From NCBI RefSeq assembly GCF_009914755.1, contig NC_060925.1: DNA of 64,000 bases; one strand, given 5' to 3'. The DNA is from the human T2T-CHM13v2.0 reference genome, Homo sapiens. Positions 1 to 13,000 of this stretch are shown in pieces. The notes beneath the pieces were generated by a model. The model searched no databases. It was not told the origin of the DNA and saw nothing but the letters and a program-made list of their open reading frames with translations. Every line of letters begins with the position of its first letter. Position 1 is the stretch's first letter. The translations under genes were made by a program, and so were the position numbers.

Positions 1-802
1 TCATCGAATGGAATCGAATGGTATCAATACCAAACGGAAAAAAACGGAATTATCGAATAGATTCGAAGAGAATCTTCGAACGGACCCGAATGGAATCATC
101 TAATGGAATGGAATGGAATAATCCATGGACTCGAATGCAATCATCATCGAATGGAATCAAATGGAATCATCGAATGGACTCGAATGGAATAATCATTGAA
201 CGGAATCGAATGGAATCATCATCGGATGGAAATGAATGGAATCATCATCGAATGGAAATGAAAGGAGTCATCATCTAATGGAATTGCATGGAATCATCAT
301 AAAATGGAATCGAATGGAATCAACATCAAATGGAATCAAATGGAATCATTGAACGGAATTGAATGGAATCGTCATCGAATGTATTGACTGCAATCATCGA
401 ATGGTCTCGAATGGAATCATCTTCAAATGGAATGGAATGGAATCATCGCATAGAATCGAATGGAATTATCATCGAATGGAATCGAATGGAATCAACATCC
501 AACGGAAAAAAACGGAATTATCGAATGGAATCGAAGAGAATCATCGAATGGACCCGAATGGAATCATCTAATGGAATGGAATGGAATAATCCATGGACTC
601 GAATGCAATCATCATCGAATGGAATCGAATGGAATCATCGAATGGACTCGAATGGAATAATCATTGAACGGAATCGAATGGAATCATCATCGGATGGAAA
701 TGAATGGAATCATCATCGAATGGAATCGAATAGAATTATGGAATGAAATCCAGTGTGATCATCATCGAATGGACCCGAATGGAATCATCATCCAACGGAA
801 GC

Positions 803-813
803 TAATGGAATCA
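803..813 (+). promoter_or_regulatory. TAATGGAATCA, a match to the DUX4 consensus TAAYBBAATCA (example; second per-unit match at 1646-1656)
   Basis: Motif read directly. DUX4 binding to and activation of HSATII is established, but occupancy of these particular copies is not shown. Confidence 0.4.
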
Positions 814-3339
814 ACATCGAATGAATCGAATGGAAACACCATCGAATTGAAACGAATGGAATTATCATGAAATTGAAATGGATGGACTCATCATCGAATG
901 GATTCGAATGGAATCATCGAATAAAATTGATTGAAATCATCATCCAATGGAATCGAATGGTATCATTGAATGGAATCGAATGGAATCATCATCAGATGGA
1001 AATGAATGGAATCGTCATAGAATGGAATCGAATGGATTCATTGAATGGAATCAGATGGAATCATCGAATGGACTGGAATGGAATCATTGAATGGACTCGA
1101 AAGGGATCATGATTGAATGGAATTGAATGGAATCATCGAATGGTCTCGATTGGAATCATTATCAAATGGAATCGAATGGAATCACCGAATAGAATCGAAT
1201 GGAAAAATCATCGAATGGACTCAAATGGAATTATCCTCAAATGGAATCGAATGGAATTATCGAATGCAATCGAATGGAATTATCGAATGCAATCGAATAG
1301 AATCATCGAAAGGACTCGAATGGAATCATCGAATGGAATGGAATGGAACAGTCAATGAACTCGAATGGAATCATCATTGAATGGAATCGAATGGAATCAT
1401 CGAGTGGAATCGAATGGAATTATGATCAAATGGAATCGAATGTAATCATCATCAAATGGAATCAAAAATAACCATCATCAATTGGTATTGAATGGAATTG
1501 TCATCAAATAGAATTCAAAGGAATCATCATCAAATGGAACCGAATGGAATCCTCATTGAATGGAAATGAAAGGGGTCATCATCTAATGGAATCGCATGGA
1601 ATCATCATCAAATGGAATCGAATGGAATCATCATCAAATGGAATCTAATGGAATCATTGAACAGAATTGAATGGAATCGTCATCGAATGAATTGAATGCA
1701 ATCATCGAATGGTCTCGAATGGAATCATCTTCTAATGGAAAGGAATGGAATCATCGCATAGAATCGAATGGAATTATCATCGAATGGAATCGAATGGTAT
1801 CAACACCAAACGGAAAAAAACGGAATTATCGAATGGAATCGAAGAGAATCTTCGAACGGACCCGAATGGAATCATCTAATGGAATGGAATGGAATAATCC
1901 ATGGACTCGAATGCAATCATCATCGAATGGAATGGAATGGAATGGAATCATCGAATGGACTCGAATGGAATAATCATTGAACGGAATCGAATGGAATCAT
2001 CATCGGATGGAAACGAATGGAATCATCATCGAATGGAAATGAAAGGAGTCATCATCTAATGGAATTGCATGGAATCATCATAAAATGGAATCGAATGGAA
2101 TCAACATCAAATGGAATCAAATGGAATCATTGAACGGAATTGAATGGAATCGTCATCGAATGAATTGACTGCAATCATCGAATGGTCTCGAATGGAATCA
2201 TCTTCAAATGGAATGGAATGGAATCATCGCATAGAATCGAATGGAATTATCATCGAATGGAATCGAATGGAATCAACATCAAACGGAAAAAAACGGAATT
2301 ATCGAATGGAATCGAAGAGAATCATCGAATGGACCCGAATGGAATCATCTAATGGAATGGAATGGAATAATCCATGGACTCGAATGCAATCATCATCGAA
2401 TGGAATCGAATGGAATCATCGAATGGACTCGAATGGAATAATCATTGAACGGAATCGAATGGAATCATCATCGGATGGAAATGAATGGAATCATCATCGA
2501 ATGGAATCGAATAGAAATATGGAATGAAATCCAGTGTGATCATCATCGAAGGACCCGAATGGAATCATCATCCAACGGAAGCTAATGGAATCAACATCGA
2601 ATGAATCGAATGGAAACACCATCGAATTGAAACGAATGGAATTATCATGAAATTGAAATGGATGGACTCATCATCGAATGGATTCGAATGGAATCATCGA
2701 ATAAAATTGATTGAAATCATCATCGAATGGAATCGAATGGTATCATTGAATGGAATCGAATGGAATCATCATCAGATGGAAATGAATGGAATCGTCATAG
2801 AATGGAATCGAATGGATTCATTGAATGGAATCAGATGGAATCATCGAATGGACTGGAATGGAATCATTGAATGGACTCGAAAGGGATCATTATTGAATGG
2901 AATTGAATGGAATCATCGAATGGTCTCGATTGGAATCATTATCAAATGGAATCGAATGGAATCACCGAATAGAATCGAATGGAACAATCATCGAATGGAC
3001 TCAAATGGAATTATCCTCCAATGGAATCGAATGGAATTATCGAATGCAATCGAATGGAATTATCGAATGCAATCGAATAGAATCATCGAATGGACTCGAA
3101 TGGAATCATCGAATGGAATGGAATGGAACAGTCAATGAACTCGAATGGAATCATCATTGAATGGAATCGAATGGAATCATCGAGTGGAATCGAATGGAAT
3201 TATGATCAAATGGAATCGAATGTAATCATCATCAAATGGAATCAAAAATAACCATCATCAATTGGTATTGAATGGAATTGTCATCAAATGGAATTCAAAG
3301 GAATCATCATCAAATGGAACCGAATGGAATCCTCATTGA

Positions 3340-4275
3340 ATGGAAATGAAAGGGGTCATCATCTAATGGAATCGCATGGAATCATCATCAAATGGAATCG
3401 AATGGAATCATCATCAAATGGAATCTAATGGAATCATTGAACAGAATTGAATGGAATCGTCATCGAATGAATTGAATGCAATCATCGAATGGTCTCGAAT
3501 GGAATCATCTTCTAATGGAAAGGAATGGAATCATCGCATAGAATCGAATGGAATTATCATCGAATGGAATCGAATGGTATCAACACCAAACGGAAAAAAA
3601 CGGAATTATCGAATGGAATCGAAGAGAATCTTCGAACGGACCCGAATGGAATCATCTAATGGAATGGAATGGAATAATCCATGGACTCGAATGCAATCAT
3701 CATCGAATGGAATGGAATGGAATCATCGAATGGACTCGAATGGAATAATCATTGAACGGAATCGAATGGAATCATCATCGGATGGAAACGAATGGAATCA
3801 TCATCGAATGGAAATGAAAGGAGTCATCATCTAATGGAATTGCATGGAATCATCATCAAATGGAATCGAATGGAATCAACATCAAATGGAATCAAATGGA
3901 ATCATTGAACGGAATTGAATGGAATCGTCATCGAATGAATTGACTGCAATCATCGAATGGTCTCGAATGGAATCATCTTCAAATGGAATGGAATGGAATC
4001 ATCGCATAGAATCGAATGGAATTATCATCGAATGGAATCGAATGGAATCAACATCAAACGGAAAAAAACGGAATTATCGAATGGAATCAAAGAGAATCAT
4101 CGAATGGACCCGAATGGAATCATCTAATGGAATGGAATGGAATAATCCATGGACTCGAATGCAATCATCATCGAATGGAATCGAATGGAATCATCGAATG
4201 GACTCGAATGGAATAATCATTGAACGGAATCGAATGGAATCATCATCGGATGGAAATGAATGGAATCATCATCGA
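3340..4275 (+). repeat. Internal 468-bp tandem duplication (subunits A and B) inside each 1,776-bp unit; example shown, ends approximate
   Basis: AAACGGAAAAAAACGG, AATAATCCATGG and CGCATAGAA each occur twice per unit, 468 bp apart. Fixed A/B differences: GGGGTC/GGAGTC, AACAGAATT/AACGGAATT, TTCTAATGGAAAGG/TTCAAATGGAATGG, GGTATCAACACC/GGAATCAACATC, CTTCGAACGG/CATCGAATGG. Confidence 0.92.
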
Positions 4276-5226
4276 ATGGAATCGAATAGAATTATGGAAT
4301 GAAATCCAGTGTGATCATCATCGAATGGACCCGAATGGAATCATCATCCAACGGAAGCTAATGGAATCAACATCGAATGAATCGAATGGAAACACCATCG
4401 AATTGAAACGAATGGAATTATCATGAAATTGAAATGGATGGACTCATCATCGAATGGATTCGAATGGAATCATCGAATAAAATTGATTGAAATCATCATC
4501 CAATGGAATCGAATGGTATCATTGAATGGAATCGAATGGAATCATCATCAGATGGAAATGAATGGAATCGTCATAGAATGGAATCGAATGGATTCATTGA
4601 ATGGAATCAGATGGAATCATCGAATGGACTGGAATGGAATCATTGAATGGACTCGAAAGGGATCATTATTGAATGGAATTGAATGGAATCATCGAATGGT
4701 CTCGATTGGAATCATTATCAAATGGAATCGAATGGAATCACCGAATAGAATCGAATGGAACAATCATCGAATGGACTCAAATGGAATTATCCTCCAATGG
4801 AATCGAATGGAATTATCGAATGCAATCGAATGGAATTATCGAATGCAATCGAATAGAATCATCGAATGGACTCGAATGGAATCATCGAATGGAATGGAAT
4901 GGAACAGTCAATGAACTCGAATGGAATCATCATTGAATGGAATCGAATGGAATCATCGAGTGGAATCGAATGGAATTATGATCAAATGGAATCTAATGTA
5001 ATCCTCATCAAATGGAATCAAAAATAACCATCATCAATTGGTATTGAATGTAATTGTCATCAAATGGAATTCAAAGGAATCATCATCAAATGGAACCGAA
5101 TGGAATCCTCATTGAATGGAAATGAAAGGGGTCATCATCTAATGGAATCGCATGGAATCATCATCAAATGGAATCGAATGGAATCATCATCAAATGGAAT
5201 CTAATGGAATCATTGAACAGAATTGA
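3451..5226 (+). repeat. Representative canonical 1,776-bp repeat unit
   Basis: Equivalent positions recur at 3451, 5227, 7003 and at 10061, 11837, 13613 ... 26045 with exact 1776 spacing. One GAATTC per unit (e.g. 3291, 5067). Confidence 0.95.
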
Positions 5227-8200
5227 ATGGAATCGTCATCGAATGAATTGAATGCAATCATCGAATGGTCTCGAATGGAATCATCTTCTAATGGAAAGGA
5301 ATGGAATCATCGCATAGAATCGAATGGAATTATCATCGAATGGAATCGAATGGTATCAACACCAAACGGAAAAAAACGGAATTATCGAATGGAATCGAAG
5401 AGAATCTTCGAACGGACCCGAATGGAATCATCTAATGGAATGGAATGGAATAATCCATGGACTCGAATGCAATCATCATCGAATGGAATGGAATGGAATC
5501 ATCGAATGGACTCGAATGGAATAATCATTGAACGGAATCGAATGGAATCATCATCGGATGGAAACGAATGGAATCATCATCGAATGGAAATGAAAGGAGT
5601 CATCATCTAATGGAATTGCATGGAATCATCATCAAATGGAATCGAATGGAATCAACATCAAATGGAATCAAATGGAATCATTGAACGGAATTGAATGGAA
5701 TCGTCATCGAATGAATTGACTGCAATCATCGAATGGTCTCGAATGGAATCATCTTCAAATGGAATGGAATGGAATCATCGCATAGAATCGAATGGAATTA
5801 TCATCGAATAGAATCGAATGGAATCAACATCAAACGGAAAAAAACAGAATTATCGTATGGAATCGAAGAGAATCATCGAATGGACCCGAATGGAATCATC
5901 TAATGGAATGGAATGGAATAATCCATGGACTCGAATGCAATCATCATCGAATGGAATCGAATGGAATCATCGAATGGACTCGAATGGAATAATCATTGAA
6001 CGGAATCGAATGGAATCATCATCGGATGGAAATGAATGGAATCATCATCGAATGGAATCGAATAGAATTATGGAATGAAATCCAGTGTGATCATCATCGA
6101 ATGGACCCGAATGGAATCATCATCCAACGGAAGCTAATGGAATCAACATCGAATGAATCGAATGGAAACACCATCGAATTGAAACGAATGGAATTATCAT
6201 GAAATTGAAATGGATGGACTCATCATCGAATGGATTCGAATGGAATCATCGAATAAAATTGATTGAAATCATCATCTAATGGAATCGAATGGTATCATTG
6301 AATGGAATCGAATGGAATCATCATCAGATGGAAATGAATGGAATCGTCATAGAATGGAATCGAGTGGATTCATTGAATGGAATCAGATGGAATCATCGAA
6401 TGGACTGGAATGGAATCATTGAATGGACTCGAAAGGGATCATGATTGAATGGAATTGAATGGAATCATCGAATGGTCTCGATTGGAATCATTATCAAATG
6501 GAATCGAATGGAATCACCGAATAGAATCGAATGGAACAATCATCGAATGGACTCAAATGGAATTATCCTCCAATGGAATCGAATGGAATTATCGAATGCA
6601 ATCGAATGGAATTATCGAATGCAATCGAATAGAATCATCGAATGGACTCGAATGGAATCATCGAATGGAATGGAATGGAACAGTCAATGAACTCGAATGG
6701 AATCATCATTGAATGGAATCGAATGGAATCATCGAGTGGAATCGAATGGAATTATGATCAAATGGAATCGAATGTAATCCTCATCAAATGGAATCAAAAA
6801 TAACCATCATCAATTGGTATTGAATGGAATTGTCATCAAATGCAATTCAAAGGAATCATCATCAAATGGAACCGAATGGAATCCTCATTGAATGGAAATG
6901 AAAGGGGTCATCATCTAATGGAATCGCATGGAATCATCATCAAATGGAATCGAATGGAATCATCATCAAATGGAATCTAATGGAATCATTGAACAGAATT
7001 GAATGGAATCGTCATCGAATGAATTGAATGCAATCATCGAATGGTCTCGAATGGAATCATCTTCTAATGGAAAGGAATGGAATCATCGCATAGAATCGAA
7101 TGGAATTATCATCGAATGGAATCGAATGGTATCAACACCAAACGGAAAAAAACGGAATTATCGAATGGAATCGAAGAGAATCTTCGAACGGACCCGAATG
7201 GAATCATCTAATGGAATGGAATGGAATAATCCATGGACTCGAATGCAATCATCATCGAATGGAATGGAATGGAATCATCGAATGGACTCGAATGGAATAA
7301 TCATTGAACGGAATCGAATGGAATCATCATCGGATGGAAACGAATGGAATCATCATCGAATGGAAATGAAAGGAGTCATCATCTAATGGAATTGCATGGA
7401 ATCATCATAAAATGGAATCGAATGGAATCAACATCAAATGGAATCAAATGGAATCATTGAACGGAATTGAATGGAATCGTCATCGAATGAATTGACTGCA
7501 ATCATCGAATGGTCTCGAATGGAATCATCTTCAAATGGAATGGAATGGAATCATCGCATAGAATCGAATGGAATTATCATCGAATGGAATCGAATGGAAT
7601 CAACATCAAACGGAAAAAAACGGAATTATCGAATGGAATCGAAGAGAATCATCGAATGGACCCGAATGGAATCATCTAATGGAATGGAATGGAATAATCC
7701 ATGGACTCGAATGCAATCATCATCGAATGGAATCGAATGGAATCATCGAATGGACTCGAATGGAATAATCATTGAACGGAATCAAATGGAATCATCATCG
7801 GATGGAAATGAATGGAATCATCATCGAATGGAATCGAATAGAATTATGGAATGAAATCCAGTGTGATCATCATCGAATGGACCCGAATGGAATCATCATC
7901 CAACGGAAGCTAATGGAATCAACATCGAATGAATCGAATGGAAACACCATCGAATTGAAACGAATGGAATTATCATGAAATTGAAATGGATGGACTCATC
8001 ATCGAATGGATTCGAATGGAATCATCGAATAAAATTGATTGAAATCATCATCGAATGGAATCGAATGGTATCATTGAATGGAATCGAATGGAATCATCAT
8101 CAGATGGAAATGAATGGAATCGTCATAGAATGGAATCGAATGGATTCATTGAATGGAATCAGATGGAATCATCGAATGGACTGGAATGGAATCATTGAAT

Positions 8201-8752
8201 GGACTCGAAAGGGATCATTATTGAATGGAATTGAATGGAATCATCGAATGGTCTCGATTGGAATCATTATCAAATGGAATCGAATGGAATCACCGAATAG
8301 AATCGAATGGAACAATCATCGAATGGACTCAAATGGAATTATCCTCCAATGGAATCGAATGGAATTATCGAATGCAATCGAATGGAATTATCGAATGCAA
8401 TCGAATAGAATCATCGAATGGACTCGAATGGAATCATCGAATGGAATGGAATGGAACAGTCAATGAACTCGAATGGAATCATCATTGAATGGAATCGAAT
8501 GGAATCATCGAGTGGAATCGAATGGAATTATGATCAAATGGAATCGAATGTAATCCTCATCAAATGGAATCAAAAATAACCATCATCAATTGGTATTGAA
8601 TGGAATTGTCATCAAATGGAATTCAAAGGAATCATCATCAAATGGAACCGAATGGAATCCTCATTGAATGGAAATGAAAGGGGTCATCATCAAATGGAAT
8701 CGAATGGAATCATCATCAAATGGAATCTAATGGAATCATTGAACAGAATTGA

Positions 8753-10060
8753 ATGGAATCGTCATCGAATGAATTGAATGCAATCATCGAATGGTCTCGA
8801 ATGGAATCATCTTCTAATGGAAAGGAATGGAATCATCGCATAGAATCGAACGGAATTATCATCGAATGGAATCGAATGGTATCAACACCAAACGGAAAAA
8901 AACGGAATTATCGAATGGAATCGAAGAGAATCTTCGAACGGACCCGAATGGAATCATCTAATGGAATGGAATGGAATAATCCATGGACTTGAATGCAATC
9001 ATCATCGAATGGAATCGAATGGAATCATCGAATGGACTCGAATGGAATAATCATTGAACGGAATCGAATGGAATCATCATCGGATGGAAATGAATGGAAT
9101 CATCATCGAATGGAATCGAATAGAATTATGGAATGAAATCCAGTGTGATCATCATCGAATGGACCCGAATGGAATCATCATCCAACGGAAGCTAATGGAA
9201 TCAACATCGAATGAATCGAATGGAAACACCATCGAATTGAAACGAATGGAATTATCATGAAATTGAAATGGATGGACTCATCATCGAATGGATTCGAATG
9301 GAATCATCGAATAAAATTGATTGAAATCATCATCAAATGGAATCGAATGGTATCATTGAATGGAATCGAATGGAATCATCATCAGATGGAAATGAATGGA
9401 ATCGTCATAGAATGGAATCGAATGGATTCATTGAATGGAATCAGATGGAATCATCAAATGGACTGGAATGGAAACATTGAATGGACTCGAAAGGGATCAT
9501 TATTGAATGGAATTGAATGGAATCATCGAATGGTCTCGATTGGAATCATTACCAAATGGAATCGAATGGAATCACCGAATAGAATCGAATGGAACAATCA
9601 TCGAATGGACTCAAATGGAATTATCCTCCAATGGAATCGAATGGAATTATCGAATGCAATCGAATGGAATTATCGAATGCAATCGAATAGAATCATCGAA
9701 TGGACTCGAATGGAATCATCGAATGGAATGGAATGGAACAGTCAATGAACTCGAATGGAATCATCATTGAATGGAATCGAATGGAATCATCGAGTGGAAT
9801 CGAATGGAATTATGATCAAATGGAATCGAATGTAATCATCATCAAATGGAATCAAAAATAACCATCATCAATTGGTATTGAATGGAATTGTCATCAAATG
9901 GAATTCAAAGGAATCATCATCAAATGGAACCGAATGGAATCCTCATTGAATGGAAATGAAAGGGGTCATCATCTAATGGAATCGCATGGAATCATCATCA
10001 AATGGAATCGAATGGAATCATCATCAAATGGAATCTAATGGAATCATTGAACAGAATTGA
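8753..10060 (+). repeat. 1,308-bp short unit (one 468-bp subunit missing; A/B chimera)
   Basis: Unit spacing 8753->10061 = 1308 = 1776-468. A-type markers run to ~8940, then the B-type exit GAATCGAATAGAATTATGG appears at ~9113. Confidence 0.9.
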
Positions 10061-13000
10061 ATGGAATCGTCATCGAATGAACTGAATGCAATCATCGAAT
10101 GGTCTCGAATGGAATCATCTTCTAATGGAAAGGAATGGAATCATCGCATAGAATCGAATGGAATTATCATCGAATGGAATCGAATGGTATCAACACCAAA
10201 CGGAAAAAAACGGAATTATCGAATAGATTCGAAGAGAATCTTCGAACGGACCCGAATGGAATCATCTAATGGAATGGAATGGAATAATCCATGGACTCGA
10301 ATGCAATCATCATCGAATGGAATCAAATGGAATCATCGAATGGACTCGAATGGAATAATCATTGAACGGAATCGAATGGAATCATCATCGGATGGAAATG
10401 AATGGAATCATCATCGAATGGAAATGAAAGGAGTCATCATCTAATGGAATTGCATGGAATCATCATAAAATGGAATCGAATGGAATCAACATCAAATGGA
10501 ATCAAATGGAATCATTGAACGGAATTGAATGGAATCGTCATCGAATGTATTGACTGCAATCATCGAATGGTCTCGAATGGAATCATCTTCAAATGGAATG
10601 GAATGGAATCATCGCATAGAATCGAATGGAATTATCATCGAATGGAATCGAATGGAATCAACATCAAACGGAAAAAAACGGAATTATCGAATGGAATCGA
10701 AGAGAATCATCGAATGGACCCGAATGGAATCATCTAATGGAATGGAATGGAATAATCCATGGACTCGAATGCAATCATCATCGAATGGAATCGAATGGAA
10801 TCATCGAATGGACTCGAATGGAATAATCATTGAACGGAATCGAATGGAATCATCATCGGATGGAAATGAATGGAATCATCATCGAATGGAATCGAATAGA
10901 ATTATGGAATGAAATCCAGTGTGATCATCATCGAATGGACCCGAATGGAATCATCATCCAACGGAAGCTAATGGAATCAACATCGAATGAATCGAATGGA
11001 AACACCATCGAATTGAAACGAATGGAATTATCATGAAATTGAAATGGATGGACTCATCATCGAATGGATTCGAATGGAATCATCGAATAAAATTGATTGA
11101 AATCATCATCCAATGGAATCGAATGGTATCATTGAATGGAATCGAATGGAATCATCATCAGATGGAAATGAATGGAATCGTCATAGAATGGAATCGAATG
11201 GATTCATTGAATGGAATCAGATGGAATCATCGAATGGACTGGAATGGAATCATTGAATGGACTCGAAAGGGATCATGATTGAATGGAATTGAATGGAATC
11301 ATCGAATGGTCTCGATTGGAATCATTATCAAATGGAATCGAATGGAATCACCGAATAGAATCGAATGGAACAATCATCGAATGGACTCAAATGGAATTAT
11401 CCTCCAATGGAATCGAATGGAATTATCGAATGCAATCGAATGGAATTATCGAATGCAATCGAATAGAATCATCGAATGGACTCGAATGGAATCATCGAAT
11501 GGAATGGAATGGAACAGTCAATGAACTCGAATGGAATCATCATTGAATGGAATCGAATGGAATCATCGAGTGGAATCGAATGGAATTATGATCAAATGGA
11601 ATCGAATGTAATCATCATCAAATGGAATCAAAAATAACCATCATCAATTGGTATTGAATGGAATTGTCATCAAATGGAATTCAAAGGAATCATCATCAAA
11701 TGGAACCGAATGGAATCCTCATTGAATGGAAATGAAAGGGGTCATCATCTAATGGAATCGCATGGAATCATCATCAAATGGAATCGAATGGAATCATCAT
11801 CAAATGGAATCTAATGGAATCATTGAACAGAATTGAATGGAATCGTCATCGAATGAATTGAATGCAATCATCGAATGGTCTCGAATGGAATCATCTTCTA
11901 ATGGAAAGGAATGGAATCATCGCATAGAATCGAATGGAATTATCATCGAATGGAATCGAATGGTATCAACACCAAACGGAAAAAAACGGAATTATCGAAT
12001 GGAATCGAAGAGAATCTTCGAACGGACCCGAATGGAATCATCTAATGGAATGGAATGGAATAATCCATGGACTCGAATGCAATCATCATCGAATGGAATC
12101 GAATGGAATCATCGAATGGACTCGAATGGAATAATCATTGAACGGAATCGATTGGAATCATCATCGGATGGAAACGAATGGAATCATCATCTAATGGAAA
12201 TGAAAGGAGTCATCATCTAATGGAATTGCATGGAATCATCATAAAATGGAATCGAATGGAATCAACATCAAATGGAATCAAATGTAATCATTGAACGGAA
12301 TTGAATGGAATCGTCATCGAATGAATTGACTGCAATCATCCAATGGTCTCGAATGGAATCATCTTCAAATGGAATGGAATGGAATCATCGCATAGAATCG
12401 AATGGAATTATCATCGAATGGAATCGAATGGAATCAACATCCAACGGAAAAAAACGGAATTATCGAATGGAATCGAAGAGAATCATCGAATGGACCCGAA
12501 TGGAATCATCTAATGGAATGGAATGGAATAATCCATGGACTCGAATGCAATCATCATCGAATGGAATCGAATGGAATCATCGAATGGACTCGAATGGAAT
12601 AATCATTGAACGGAATCGAATGGAATCATCATCGGATGGAAATGAATGGAATCATCATCGAATGGAATCGAATAGAATTATGGAATGAAATCCAGTGTGA
12701 TCATCATCGAATGGACCCGAATGGAATCATCATCCAACGGAAGCTAATGGAATCAACATCGAATGAATCAAATGGAAACACCATCGAATTGAAACGAATG
12801 GAATTATCATGAAATTGAAATGGATGGACTCATCATCGAATGGATTCGAATGGAATCATCGAATAAAATTGATTGAAATCATCATCGAATGGAATCGAAT
12901 GGTATCATTGAATGGAATCGAATGGAATCATCATCAGATGGAAATGAATGGAATCGTCATAGAATGGAATCGAATGGATTCATTGAATGGAATCAGATGG

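Noticed and set aside
1305-1320. Variant ATCGAAAGGACTC shared with ~57750
   Set aside because: One shared rare SNV over 56 kb is too little to infer a duplication; it could be recurrent.
1840-1862. Heat-shock element-like AGAATCTTCG in subunit A
   Set aside because: Only two inverted nGAAn units are present and the third is out of register. HSF1 stress bodies are chiefly associated with HSat3.
2545-2556. 1-bp deletion (CGAAGGACCC), and the 3-bp CAT loss at ~31697
   Set aside because: Isolated singleton micro-indels; ordinary slippage or consensus error.
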